Source of the DNA: Acidimicrobiia bacterium
Lineage (GTDB): Bacteria; Actinomycetota; Acidimicrobiia; Spongiisociales; ZC4RG35
Length of the DNA stretch: 64,000 nt
Direction of reading: 5' to 3'
NCBI GenBank assembly: GCA_965203555.1
Contig: CBDBCY010000004.1
Coordinates: 2,816,001 to 2,880,000, forward strand
Shown piece after piece: positions 1 to 9,828 of the stretch (position 1 is its first letter; each line of letters begins with the position of its first letter). A model generated the notes under the pieces. The model was not told the DNA's origin. It did no database searches and saw only the letters and a program-made list of their open reading frames with translations. A program made the translations under genes and the position numbers.

Positions 1-19
1 CTCGGCTGTCCTGTGTGGT

Positions 20-556
20 TTATGTCTGGTGGACGCCCTTGAAGAGATGGTTGTCGCCCACCACGACGGTTTTCTTCCCTCGAACGACTGCTATCCCGCC
101 GACTTTGGTTCGATCTCCCACCAATGCCCCGTCCTCCACCTTGGCTCGGTGCTCCACGACGGCGCTTCCTCCCACGATGCCCGAGGATCGGATGGTGGCG
201 CCGTCCCGCACCACTGCCCTGTCGGTCACGGCGCCGCCTTCCAGGACCTGGGCGTCGTCGCGCACTTGGGCTGAACCTCCCACCCATGAGTGGTCGGTGA
301 TCAAGGCGCGACCGCTGACAGTGGCTTGTTCCAACACCAGGGCGTCCTTGGTCACCTTGGCCTGGTCGAGTACCCTCGCTCCTTCCTCCACCCAGCAGGT
401 TCCCGCCTGGGACAGGTTGTACGGCCCCGCAACCAGCCCTCCCCGATCTCCTTTCTTCACCGTCAGGTTGTTCTTGCGGGAAGTCTTGAAGTCCCGTACC
501 GCTATCACCCTGTACAAACCCGCGGCGTCAGGCTGGAGGCGGTATTTTTTTGCCAT
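20..556 (-). CDS. Left-handed beta-helix (hexapeptide repeat) protein, phage-related type
   Basis: N-terminal 'LYRVIAVRDF...VKKGDRGGLV...NLSQAGTCWV' followed by 6-residue repeats (A-x-V-x-D/G-x) of LbH type. Confidence 0.6.
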   Translation of the reverse strand: MAKKYRLQPDAAGLYRVIAVRDFKTSRKNNLTVKKGDRGGLVAGPYNLSQAGTCWVEEGARVLDQAKVTKDALVLEQATVSGRALITDHSWVGGSAQVRDDAQVLEGGAVTDRAVVRDGATIRSSGIVGGSAVVEHRAKVEDGALVGDRTKVGGIAVVRGKKTVVVGDNHLFKGVHQT

Positions 557-629
557 GAGTTAGTCACTCCCTGTGACGGACTTACACCATGTTAACGCAG
601 GGAATCGGTTCCAGAGGCAACGACAGGCT

Positions 630-1871
630 TCAGGCTACCGGCAGCCTCCGCGCCAACCCTTGCAGGGCGCGATAGGTCTGTTCGCCCACGCCTGCATCGT
701 CATCATCGAGCAGGTTGGCCATCACCTTCAGAGTCCACTCCATCAGCGGCCGGTTTCGCAGCCCGGTGTGCGCCAGGGTACGCATCACGGCCGGTCGGCC
801 GATCAACTTCACAAATATCCGCGCGGTGCGGTAGTAGAGACCGTACTCGCGGTCCAGAAGTCGGGGGTATTCGTCCAGGATCTGCGGATCATCCTCCGCC
901 ACCGCCCTGCCCGCCAGTCGGGCGGCGATGCGACCGGTCTCGTATGCGTAGGCGATCCCCTCTCCGTTCCATGGGTTGATGGCTGCCGCCGCGTCTCCGA
1001 TCACCAACCAGTTGGGTCCCACCAGGGGTGAACGAGAAAACGACATCTGGAGAGCCCCTCCCACCGGCTTGGTGAGCCGGGTGTCTTCGGACAGACCCCA
1101 GTAGTCGGGAGCGGCCTTCACCCAGTCGGCCATCATCTTGGTGGTGTTGGCCTGTTTCCAACGTTTGAAGGTGGAGAGCAGCCCGACCCCGACGTTGACC
1201 GTGCCGTCGCCCAGGGGGAACACCCAGCCGTAGCCGGGCATGGTTGCGCCGGTGCTGTCGCGGATGTCCAACTGGCTTTCCAGGAAGGGGTCCGAGGAGC
1301 GAGGGCTCTGGTAGTAGCCGCGGGCCGCCAACCCCCGCGGATAGTCCTTCCGACGGGTCACTCCCAGGTGGCGTCCGAAGCGGTTGAGAGCGCCGTCGGC
1401 CACTATCACCACTTCGGGGCGGATCGTCTCCACCGACCCGTTGACCACCAACTCCACTCCTTCCAGGACGCCGTCGTCCGCCACCGGCCGCGCCTCGGTC
1501 TTTTCCCGGATCGTCACGCCCTGGCCCCGGGCCAGATCAGCCACCTGTTGATCGAGTTCTCGGCGGCGGATCACCCCTCCCCAGTCGGGAAAGCGGGAGT
1601 GTTGCGGCCATGACATCTCCAGCATCACCTTGTCCCCGGCGTAGGAGCGCAGTCCCGTGACGCGATGGAAGCCCGGCGCCGAAAAGTCGAACCCCATTCG
1701 AGTCAACTCGTGGATGGCGCGGGGTGTGAGTCCGTCTCCGCAGGTCTTGTCGCGGGGAAAGGACTTGCGTTCCACCAGGGTCACATCATGCCCGTCCCGC
1801 GCCAGCCAGTAGGCGGCCGCCGCCCCGGCAGGGCCCCCTCCCACCACCAATACTTCACCGCCGCTCATCAT
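630..1871 (-). CDS. Geranylgeranyl reductase family FAD oxidoreductase (MenJ-like menaquinone reductase)
   Basis: GGGPAG FAD motif, 'FPRDKTCGDGLTPRA', 'PGYGWVFP', 'GDAAAAINPWNGEGIAYA'. Confidence 0.85.
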   Translation of the reverse strand: MMSGGEVLVVGGGPAGAAAAYWLARDGHDVTLVERKSFPRDKTCGDGLTPRAIHELTRMGFDFSAPGFHRVTGLRSYAGDKVMLEMSWPQHSRFPDWGGVIRRRELDQQVADLARGQGVTIREKTEARPVADDGVLEGVELVVNGSVETIRPEVVIVADGALNRFGRHLGVTRRKDYPRGLAARGYYQSPRSSDPFLESQLDIRDSTGATMPGYGWVFPLGDGTVNVGVGLLSTFKRWKQANTTKMMADWVKAAPDYWGLSEDTRLTKPVGGALQMSFSRSPLVGPNWLVIGDAAAAINPWNGEGIAYAYETGRIAARLAGRAVAEDDPQILDEYPRLLDREYGLYYRTARIFVKLIGRPAVMRTLAHTGLRNRPLMEWTLKVMANLLDDDDAGVGEQTYRALQGLARRLPVA

Positions 1872-2028
1872 CCCTCAAAGATAGCCGTCGTCGGGGTGGC
1901 TTCAACCAGGAAGTGATGGGTGCTGAGCGGCTGCCCGCCGGTCAGGGCGCTTGCCCTTTGTCATCTCGATCACCGATCGGAACCGGGCGATTTGGGGTCC
2001 TTTCCGCGGGTGTAGGATGTTGGAGAAC

Positions 2029-2664
2029 ATGGCCAGAGGGGACATACCCGACACGACCGTTTCTCGTTTGCCCTGGTATCTGAGGTGTCTGGATCAATTG
2101 CCCGACTGCCAGGAAACGGTCTCATCCGACGAGATAGCGATGGCGTTGAACATCAAGGCCGCGCAGGTGCGAAAAGATCTGTGGTACCTGGATTGTGAGG
2201 GCCGTCGGGGAGTGGGATACGAGGTACAGTCGCTGATCTCCCAGATCTCCGCCGTGCTGGGCATCGATGCACCGGTGGCCATCGTAATCGTGGGAATGGG
2301 CAACTTGGGAATGGCCCTCGCCAACTATCAAAGATTCGCCAACCGCGGTCTGACGCTCAGCGGCCTGTACGACACCGATCCGCAGAAGATCGGAAACCTG
2401 GTGGGCGGGATCATGATCCGGCATCCCGATCGCCTGCCCCAAGATGTCGCCGAATCGGGGGTTTGCATCGGGATCGTCGCCACTCCCGCTCCCGCCGCCC
2501 AAGCGATTGCGGATCTGCTGGTGGAGGCGGGGGTGACCTCGATTCTCAACTTCGCGCCGGTGGTGCTGAGGGTTCCGTCCGGCGTGACCATCCGACGGGT
2601 AGACGTAGCCACCGAACTACTCATTTTGGGATTTCACGAATCCAAGACGGGACAGCCCGGATAG
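2029..2664 (+). CDS. rex: Redox-sensing transcriptional repressor Rex
   Basis: '[14 protein letters not shown]', 'QVRKDL', 'GRRGVGY', GxGxxG, 'ILNFAP'; GGAG RBS before ATG 2029. Confidence 0.93.
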   Translation: MARGDIPDTTVSRLPWYLRCLDQLPDCQETVSSDEIAMALNIKAAQVRKDLWYLDCEGRRGVGYEVQSLISQISAVLGIDAPVAIVIVGMGNLGMALANYQRFANRGLTLSGLYDTDPQKIGNLVGGIMIRHPDRLPQDVAESGVCIGIVATPAPAAQAIADLLVEAGVTSILNFAPVVLRVPSGVTIRRVDVATELLILGFHESKTGQPG

Positions 2665-2675
2665 GGGGTCCGTTG

Positions 2676-3781
2676 GTGAAGATCACCGCCGTTCGCGCCT
2701 TCCAGGTCGACCTTCCCCTGGTTGAGGGTCGCTACACGTGGTCGGACGGGCGGTATGTGGAAGTCTTCGATGACACGGTGGTCGAGATCCAGACCGATGC
2801 CGGGATTTCAGGGTATGCCGAGAGTTGCCCGCTCGGCTCCGCCTATCTGCCGGCCCATGCCCTGGGGGTGCGGGCGGGTCTGGCGGAACTGGCGCCGCAT
2901 CTGATCGGCAGGGATCCCCGGGATCTGAACGAGATCAACCGGGCCATGGACGCCGCCCTGCTCGGCCATCCTCATGCGAAGGCGCCGGTCGACATCGCTT
3001 GCTGGGACATTGCGGGCAAGGCCACCGGGCTTCCCCTGTACACCCTGTTGGGAGGTCGAGCCCAGCAGGATGTGGCGCTCTACCGGGCCATATCACAGCT
3101 GCCGCCCGACGAGATGGCGGCCAATGTCGCCAAGTACCGGGCGGAGGGTTACGGTCGATTCCAATTGAAGGTGGGAGGGGACCCCAACGACGACATAGCC
3201 CGCATCCGCGCCGCCCGGCGGATCCTTTCAGACGAAGATTGCTGGTGGCCGACGCCAACACCGGTTGGACGCGACATGAAGCCGCCCGGGTGGTCAGCGC
3301 GGTGGAGGATCTGGACGTGTACATCGAGCAACCCTGCACCACCTTCGCCGAGTGCCTCTCCATCCGCAGGCGTACCTCCCGGCCGTTCGTGCTTGACGAG
3401 ACCATCGACGGATTGGAGACTTTGATCAGGGGATTGGCGGAGGATGCGATGGATGTGATCAACCTCAAGATCTCCAAGGTGGGTGGACTGACCCGGGCCC
3501 GGCTGATACGGGACGTCTGTGTGTGGTCGGGAATACCGATGATCATCGAGGATCCGTGGGGTTCGGACATCACCACCGCCGCCATTGCTCATCTGGCCCA
3601 ATCGACGCCCGATGAGTTCACTTTCGCCGGGACCGATTTCAATTCCTACGTGACCGTCTCCACCGCCGCCGGCGCTCCCCGGCGGGAGTTGGGAAGGATG
3701 CGAGCCGCGGACCGACCCGGCCTGGGCGTCGAGCCGCGTTTCGAGGTACTGGGCACTCCGGTGTTGGAAGTCTCCGGTTGA
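2676..3781 (+). pseudogene. Enolase-superfamily mandelate racemase/MLE protein (cis-3-hydroxy-L-proline dehydratase / hydroxyproline betaine epimerase-like), frameshifted near 3240
   Basis: N-terminal half in frame 2463 ('FQLKVGG'), C-terminal half in frame 2825 ('ADANTGW','IEQPC','LDE','NLKISKVGG'); one missing base at gat-tgc. Confidence 0.8.
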
Positions 3782-3788
3782 AAATCCG

Positions 3789-3808
3789 CCCGGCCCTCTC
3801 GGGCCGGG
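3789..3808 (+). terminator. GC-rich hairpin after the enolase-family gene
   Basis: cccggccc-tctc-gggccggg, 8 bp perfect stem, no U-tract. Confidence 0.5.
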
Positions 3809-3901
3809 GGCGTCAGGCCCGAGGCGCAGCGATGTTGTCCGATGCCTGTCGGTTCCGTGACGACAGAGTTGTGAAAAAACCTGAGGTCAGAGGGTTGATC
3901 C

Positions 3902-3923
3902 TGTCACAGCAGTGTCCCATACT
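3902..3923 (+). promoter_or_regulatory. PafBC/RecA-NDp-like promoter motif with no obvious downstream CDS
   Basis: TGTCAC-N10-CATACT, same spacing as the motif at 4342-4363. Confidence 0.35.
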
Positions 3924-4341
3924 GGCAGAAGCCAATCACCGAGGCGGTTCGTCCCGGCGTCGTTCGGACCGCGCCATGGGATCATATTGTTTGTCACAGC
4001 GAGCACTGCTCAGATCCGGCATGACGCTCCGTTCCGGGCTGGGCGGAATTCGTGCGACCACGGCATGGAGGAGGCGGGGGAGGGAGTCCGGAGGGGCAAG
4101 TGGCAGAGCGCTTTTCACAGGATAGGGAAGGAAAATCGCGACTTGCCGTTGATCAAGGTCTGGTGAAATCAGGATGCCCGACTCAGGTTTTCCACTCATT
4201 GTCATATCCAAGGGAGGGGATGCTTCGACATCACTCAGGCTTCTAGGGCGTGTCCACATTACGTAGGGTGCCGCTGATGAGGTGGATGTTGTGGAGAGTT
4301 TTAGTGTTTGTTTTCACAACTTAGTGATATGCACGATGTTT

Positions 4342-4363
4342 TGTCACACCCCCTTTGCATACT
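4342..4363 (+). promoter_or_regulatory. PafBC/RecA-NDp-like DNA-damage promoter, leaderless
   Basis: tTGTCAC-N10-CATACT ending 6 nt before ATG 4370; resembles TGTCGG-N10-TANNNT. Confidence 0.5.
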
Positions 4364-4369
4364 GTAAGC

Positions 4370-5590
4370 ATGAAACAAGCAGTCAACCGTCGGCGGTCCG
4401 CCAACCTGGCCAAGTTGCTGGCGCCCACCATGCCGGTGATGGAGGCGTCGGTTGAGGAACTGAAACAGCGTATACAGTCCACCATCCGCGTCCAGAACCA
4501 AGTGGCGGCGGTCCGCGCCCAGGCAGTGTCGGAGTTGCGCCGCCGCCAGGGAACGGAGAAGGTGGAGACGATTTTGCGGGAGGACGGTCTGTTGGGCCGT
4601 CGGAAGGCTCGGTCGGAGGTGGAGACCGCCCGGGGGTTGGAGGAACTGCCCAAAACCCGGGAAGGGTTACGCAAGGGAGAGATCTCTGCTGACAACGCGC
4701 GTATCCTGGCGGGCGCCAACCAGAGGGGAACCATCATCGAGGATGAATTGTTGGACGGTGCCCGTTCCCAGTCTCCTGACAAGTTCGCGGCTACGGTACG
4801 CAAACACGAACAGGCCCGTGCCCAAGATGATGGTGTGTCGAGGTTGGAGCATCAGCGTTCCCGCCGGTTCGCGAAGATCACCACTGACCAAGATGACGGG
4901 ATGACCGTGTTGTATGGGCGGTTTGACCCGGTTACGGGTGCCCGGGTGGAGACGGCGGTGTCTCACATGATGAAACAACTATGGCACAAGGAGGACCCCA
5001 GGGATCGGGCTACTGCGGGTCAGCGGATGGCCGACGCCCTGGCCGAACTGGTCACTCGGGAAGGAGAGGATGGTGGTTCCCAGGGCGTGAGGTTGTTGTT
5101 GATCGCCGATTACGACGCGGTCAGTGGACAGTTGGGCAACCCTCGCTTGGAGAACGGAACCCCCCTGCCCGCCCAGACGCTACGCGAGTTGGCGTGCGAC
5201 GCTCAGGTCCTCCCCGCGATGTTCTCGGGTTCGTCGGTGCCGTTGGATTTGGGTAGGGCGCGGCGAACAGCGAGCGGTTCCCAGCGGGCCGCGCTCGTCG
5301 CCCGGGACAAACACTGCATCGGTTGCGGCGCCAAAGCTGCTTGGTGTCAGGCCCACCACATCGTCCACTGGGCCGATCAGGGTCCCACGAACCTGGACAA
5401 CATGTGTCTTCTGTGCAGCAGATGCCACCACAAAGTCCACGACAATGACTGGCAGGTTGAACGCACTACAACCGGTGCCTACCGGCTCCGCAAACCACCA
5501 ACCGACCGGCCACCACCCCGCCGAACCCCCAACCGCTACCGCCGCCCACCCACCCGCAAACGCCGACGTCCCATGCATCAAAGAAAATGA
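4370..5590 (+). CDS. DUF222 (13E12 repeat family) HNH endonuclease
   Basis: 'QRMADAL', 'RELACDA', 'LDLGRARR', 'RDKHCIGC...CQAHHIVHW..GPTNLDNMCLLCSRCHHKVH'; Arg/Pro-rich tail. Confidence 0.9.
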   Translation: MKQAVNRRRSANLAKLLAPTMPVMEASVEELKQRIQSTIRVQNQVAAVRAQAVSELRRRQGTEKVETILREDGLLGRRKARSEVETARGLEELPKTREGLRKGEISADNARILAGANQRGTIIEDELLDGARSQSPDKFAATVRKHEQARAQDDGVSRLEHQRSRRFAKITTDQDDGMTVLYGRFDPVTGARVETAVSHMMKQLWHKEDPRDRATAGQRMADALAELVTREGEDGGSQGVRLLLIADYDAVSGQLGNPRLENGTPLPAQTLRELACDAQVLPAMFSGSSVPLDLGRARRTASGSQRAALVARDKHCIGCGAKAAWCQAHHIVHWADQGPTNLDNMCLLCSRCHHKVHDNDWQVERTTTGAYRLRKPPTDRPPPRRTPNRYRRPPTRKRRRPMHQRK

Positions 5591-5705
5591 AACAGCCCGC
5601 CACCCAAAGCGTGAACATGCCCTAACAGGGTTGAGTACCCTGCTAACCCGGTGGCCGCTCATCAAATGCCCATGAGTGACGAGTGTGACAGCCAAAAGGG
5701 GGCTT

Positions 5706-6250
5706 ATGAAGCGATACGAAGTCACGCCATTGCCGAAGTACGATCCCGTGATCGGTCGATGGCTGTGGGTCATGGAAGAGATGCGAAAGCGCACTTTGCG
5801 CCTGGTTGGGGGTCTGGACGACCGCCCCTCGACTGGGAAGGGCCTGATGGTCAAGAGAACGCCATCGGAACACTTCTCTACACATCACCGAAGTGGAGAT
5901 GGCCTGGCGTTGGGGAGAGATGAAAGGTCACTCTCGAAATGCCGCCGGAGATAGCAAGAGATTTCCCGCTCGAGCCGCGGGACCTGCAGACAGGCCGGCT
6001 CTCTCGGATCCGAGGTGTCCCCCTCGCTGAACACCTTCGGCGGCTGGAGCGCAGTAGGGAGGTGTTTCTGAAGGAAGTGAAGAGATTTTCTCCAAGCTTT
6101 GGTATACCCCGCGGCCGGACCCCGAACACGGGAGATTCGAGGCCACCCCGGAGTGGATGCTGTTTCACCTCATTGCCTCATGAGGCAGAACACTACGAGC
6201 AGATATATGGATCTTCGCTTCGGAGCAGGGATCGTGGGGACTCTTGACCT
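5706..6250 (+). pseudogene. DinB/YfiT-like protein, multiply frameshifted
   Basis: Pieces in different frames: 'IGRWLWVMEEMRKRTLRLVGGL', 'NAIGTLLY/HITEVE', 'LAEHLRRLERSRE', 'TPEWMLFHL', 'HEAEHYEQI'. Confidence 0.65.
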
Positions 6251-6325
6251 GGAAAGTGAGGGGCCACATACTGACGGAGTGGCTCCCCAGGGGCCAGAGG
6301 TCGGGAAAAGGTTTCTGAGGTGCAG

Positions 6326-7054
6326 TTACCGACTATCTACCAACGCGTCCAGGGCTATCCCGATCATCCGGCCCACCGCCTCTCTCACCACCTCCCGGTG
6401 GGGGTCGTAGCCGGTCATCTCCTCGTCCCGTTGCGCCAGAGGATTCCCGTCCACGGTCAGGATCGCCCCGGTTTCAACTCCGGCCAGCCCGGCCAGGACG
6501 AACAGCACAGCACATTCCATCTCCACCGCTTTCACTCCCGTCTTCTGCCAAAGGGCCAGGTCGGAACCGAGTATGTCATGTGAATAGAAAACGTCGCTGG
6601 TCAGGGTCAGGCCCTCATGGATGTCGACCCGGTCTCGGATGGCCCTGCGAAATGCAGCGATCACATCCGGCGAAGCCAAAGCAGGATATCCGTCCGGGAC
6701 AATTCGGGAGGTGAAACCCTCATCACGCACCGCCCCGGTGACAATCACCAAGTGGCCGTCGGTGACATTGTCCTGCATCCCTCCGCAAGTTCCCGCTCGG
6801 ATCATCCGTCGGACCCCCGCCTTCAGCAATTCCTCGAAGCACACCGCCGCTCCGGCCGCGCCCACGCCATGGGACACGACTCCCACTTCAACACCGCGGT
6901 GTCTGCCCGCCATGGTGAGGTACTCACGGTGGTTTCCCAGTTGGACGGGTTCGTCAAGAAAACCTGCTGCCCGCCGGGCGCGATCGGGATCGCCCACCAC
7001 CAGCGCCAGTTCGGGAATGTCCCCGGAGTCAACATTCAATACGGGAAGCAGCAT
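6326..7054 (-). CDS. Nucleoside phosphorylase (PNP/UDP family)
   Basis: 'GDPDRA', 'HREY', 'SHGVG', 'IRAGTCGG', 'AVRDEG', 'AVEME'. Confidence 0.9.
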   Translation of the reverse strand: MLLPVLNVDSGDIPELALVVGDPDRARRAAGFLDEPVQLGNHREYLTMAGRHRGVEVGVVSHGVGAAGAAVCFEELLKAGVRRMIRAGTCGGMQDNVTDGHLVIVTGAVRDEGFTSRIVPDGYPALASPDVIAAFRRAIRDRVDIHEGLTLTSDVFYSHDILGSDLALWQKTGVKAVEMECAVLFVLAGLAGVETGAILTVDGNPLAQRDEEMTGYDPHREVVREAVGRMIGIALDALVDSR

Positions 7055-7055
7055 T

Positions 7056-9023
7056 TCAAATCACCCTTTCGTTTCCGCCGTCGACCGGTATCTGAGCGCC
7101 GGTGGTGGCCGCGAAACGGTCTCCCGCCAGTTCCGCAACCACGGCCGCCACATGGTTGGATGTCACGGCCGTTCCCAGCAGGTTTCGCCGCTTGTACGAT
7201 TCCACATCCATGTCGTACTGAGCTGCCCTGGTGGCCAGCAGTTCCTCGTTCCAGATTCCGGTGTCGAACACCGCGTCGGGATTGACCGTGTTGACGCGGA
7301 TGGCGTCGGAGGCCCACTCCAAGGCGGCGACCCTCGCCAGTTGGGTGAGAGCCGCTTTGGACGAGGAGTAGGCTGCCGCTCCCGGACCCGGCGCCGGCAC
7401 GTTGCGGGTGGAGACCACCACCACCCGGCCTCCAACAGGTGAGAGCGCAAGGAAAGGGTGCACCTGCGAGAGCAGATCGGCGGCCGCGTCGACATTGACC
7501 GCCATCGTCTTCCTCCAGGCGGAGCGGTCCAGTCCGGCGATCGGACCGGCGCCCAGGAAAATCCCCGCACAGACCACCACTATGTCGATTCCGCCGAACC
7601 GTTCCACCGCTTGTTCGATCGCACCCGATTGCGCTTTCGGATCGGTTACATCGCATTCGACTCCCAACCAGGAGGCGGAGTCGAATGTTGTTGCCACTCC
7701 CGGCGAGAGATCAAGTCCGGCAACCGCCGCTCCCCGCCTCATCAGTTCCGCTGCACAAGCCCGTCCGATTCCCGACGCGGCGCCCGTAACCAGTGCCGCC
7801 GTTCCGGCCAGTTCGGGAGACGATCCTTGGCGTTTCAGCTTGGCCTGCTCCAATTCCCAGTACTCCACCTCGAACAGGTTCCCCTCGGAGAGAGCCTGAT
7901 AGCCGCCCAGATGGTCCTCGGATCGGATCAGCGTCGGCATGGTGTGGTGGTAGATGTCCGAAGCGATCCGGGCCGCTCCGGCGGTGGCCCCGACGGTGAG
8001 CATCCCGATCTGAGGATCGACCACGACCCGGGGAGCGGGGTCCAGCATGGTGGTCTCTCCCCGGGCCCGGTGCAGATTGCGCCGGTAGTAGTGCCGGTAC
8101 TCCTCGGCGTAGGAGGCCACGTCCCGGCCCACCATCGGGACCCGTTTGGTGCGGATGATGTGATCGGGGGTGAGGGGTCCACGGGTCGCCAGCGACGCAA
8201 GGTCTTCTCGTTCGACAAAGCTCGCCACTTGGGCGGAGCGGTCGCGCACCGAGATCATGGGCCGTCCCGCCGCCCGGGAGATGTCCGCCCGCAGTCGGGC
8301 CAGTTCCACCGGATCCACCTTACCGAGCGGCTCGCCTTCGGCCGGCAGGTGCGGGGCATGGTCATCCAGCCACCGGGTCGCCCGGCCGATGACTTCCAGA
8401 TGGCCTCGGTAGGCATCGCGGGTGGTGGACCCGTAGGTGAATAGGCCGTGATTCATCAGCACCATTGCGTCCGAGTCGTCTCCGCCATCGGGCCACATGT
8501 TCCTGATCTCCCGGGCGAGGTCAAAGCCGGGCATCACATAGGGCACGATCATGACTCCATATCCGAGGACCTCCCGCACCCGGTGGACGCCATCGGCCAG
8601 ATTGGTGAGAGTGACGATCGCGTCGGCGTGGCTGTGAAGGACCGCCCGGTGGGGGATGAGGGCATGAAGGAGCGACTCCACCGATGGCTGGGGAGCGGCA
8701 GGGTCGAGCCGGGCCGCCGACAGTTCCCGCATCATCGCCGTATCCGAGAGGCTCTCCAATTCCAGGAGTTGGTGAAGGCGCCGGAGCGGCAGGGGAGCGA
8801 AGCCGCCCTCTTCGATGCTGGCCATGTCCCACCCCGATCCCTTCACCCACAGGGCTTCAACCTGGGCGCCCGTGATGTCAATAAAGGGGGTCTTCACCGA
8901 GGAGTTGCCTCCCCCGTGGAGCACCATGGAGGGATCGGCGCCGATGAGACGGGACCCGTAGACGCACTCGGCCAGCGGATCGCAAGCCTGCGGCGCTACC
9001 GCATCGTTCCACAAGTCCGCCAT
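7056..9023 (-). CDS. Bifunctional class II aldolase / short-chain dehydrogenase (RhaD/YuxG-like)
   Basis: 'LHGGGNSSVK', 'VKGSGWD', 'PSVESLLH', 'HSHAD', 'NHGL', 'YWELEQAKL', then SDR 'TGAASGIG' and 'YSSSK'. Confidence 0.9.
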   Translation of the reverse strand: MADLWNDAVAPQACDPLAECVYGSRLIGADPSMVLHGGGNSSVKTPFIDITGAQVEALWVKGSGWDMASIEEGGFAPLPLRRLHQLLELESLSDTAMMRELSAARLDPAAPQPSVESLLHALIPHRAVLHSHADAIVTLTNLADGVHRVREVLGYGVMIVPYVMPGFDLAREIRNMWPDGGDDSDAMVLMNHGLFTYGSTTRDAYRGHLEVIGRATRWLDDHAPHLPAEGEPLGKVDPVELARLRADISRAAGRPMISVRDRSAQVASFVEREDLASLATRGPLTPDHIIRTKRVPMVGRDVASYAEEYRHYYRRNLHRARGETTMLDPAPRVVVDPQIGMLTVGATAGAARIASDIYHHTMPTLIRSEDHLGGYQALSEGNLFEVEYWELEQAKLKRQGSSPELAGTAALVTGAASGIGRACAAELMRRGAAVAGLDLSPGVATTFDSASWLGVECDVTDPKAQSGAIEQAVERFGGIDIVVVCAGIFLGAGPIAGLDRSAWRKTMAVNVDAAADLLSQVHPFLALSPVGGRVVVVSTRNVPAPGPGAAAYSSSKAALTQLARVAALEWASDAIRVNTVNPDAVFDTGIWNEELLATRAAQYDMDVESYKRRNLLGTAVTSNHVAAVVAELAGDRFAATTGAQIPVDGGNERVI

Positions 9024-9042
9024 ATGAATGTCTCCTTTTCGT

Positions 9043-9828
9043 CTAGTAGGGGGTGTCTCCACCGTCGATGCTGATCGCCTGGCCACGGATGATCAGGGCC
9101 TCGTCGGAGAGCAGAAAAGCGATGACCCGTCCGACTTCCACCGGTGCGATCCTGCGTCCCATCTGGGCGGGTCCCATCTGTCCCAGCAGCTCTTCGGCGG
9201 GCACTCCCAATCTGGGTGAAAGCCAATCTGCCACTCCAGCCAGCATGGGGGTGTCCACCCCGCCGGGGCAGACCGCGTTGACGTTTATTCGATCCCCTGC
9301 CCACTCCATGGACAGCGAGCGGGTGAGCCCCAGCACTGCTGCCTTGGAGGCGTTGTAGCCGGCCATGTTCGGATACCCGACCTTGCCGCAATTGGATGAG
9401 ACGTTCACCACTGCTCCGCCCCCGTGATCCCGAAGGTGAGCGCCGACCGCTTGTGCGAACACGAACGACCCGGTGACATTCACCTCCAACTGGCGGTTCC
9501 ATTCCGCCGCAGAAGAGTCCCAGGCCGTGTCCAGGAACACCACCCCCGCGCAGTTGACCAGGCCGTCCAGGCGCTCGAAGCGTTCGGTGGTTCTTCTCAC
9601 CGCCTGCCGGGCGTCGCCGGCTGAGGTGACGTCGGCCGCCAGTGGGAGGGTGTGTTCTCCCCCGGGATCCACTGCCGAGGCCGTCTCGACCGGCGCCGAA
9701 AGGTCCACCATCGACACTCCGCGGGCGCCGTTCTCCAGCAGCGCAGAAGTGACCCCACCCCCGATGCCGCCCCCGGCCCCGGTCACCACGTACACACGAT
9801 CCTTGAGTCGAATGTTCTCTCTCCTCAC
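9043..9828 (-). CDS. Short-chain dehydrogenase/reductase (sugar-alcohol dehydrogenase-like)
   Basis: 'TGAGGGIG', 'VNCAG', 'YNASK', 'VCPGGVDTPM'; GTG start overlaps upstream TGA. Confidence 0.85.
   Translation of the reverse strand: MRRENIRLKDRVYVVTGAGGGIGGGVTSALLENGARGVSMVDLSAPVETASAVDPGGEHTLPLAADVTSAGDARQAVRRTTERFERLDGLVNCAGVVFLDTAWDSSAAEWNRQLEVNVTGSFVFAQAVGAHLRDHGGGAVVNVSSNCGKVGYPNMAGYNASKAAVLGLTRSLSMEWAGDRINVNAVCPGGVDTPMLAGVADWLSPRLGVPAEELLGQMGPAQMGRRIAPVEVGRVIAFLLSDEALIIRGQAISIDGGDTPY

Larger units (their letters stand above)
4246..5622. mobile_element. Putative TIR-bounded element carrying only a DUF222-HNH gene
   Basis: Left end TA|GGGCGTGTCCAC (4244-4257), right end GTGAACATGCCC|TA (5611-5624); 10/12 inverted-repeat match, TA on both flanks. 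Confidence 0.55.

Noticed and set aside
4302-4319. Rex operator-like sequence tagtgtttgttttcacaa
   Set aside because: Three mismatches to TTGTGAA-N4-TTCACAA and located before an HNH gene rather than a respiratory gene; no convincing Rex box found at the qcr/cco divergence either
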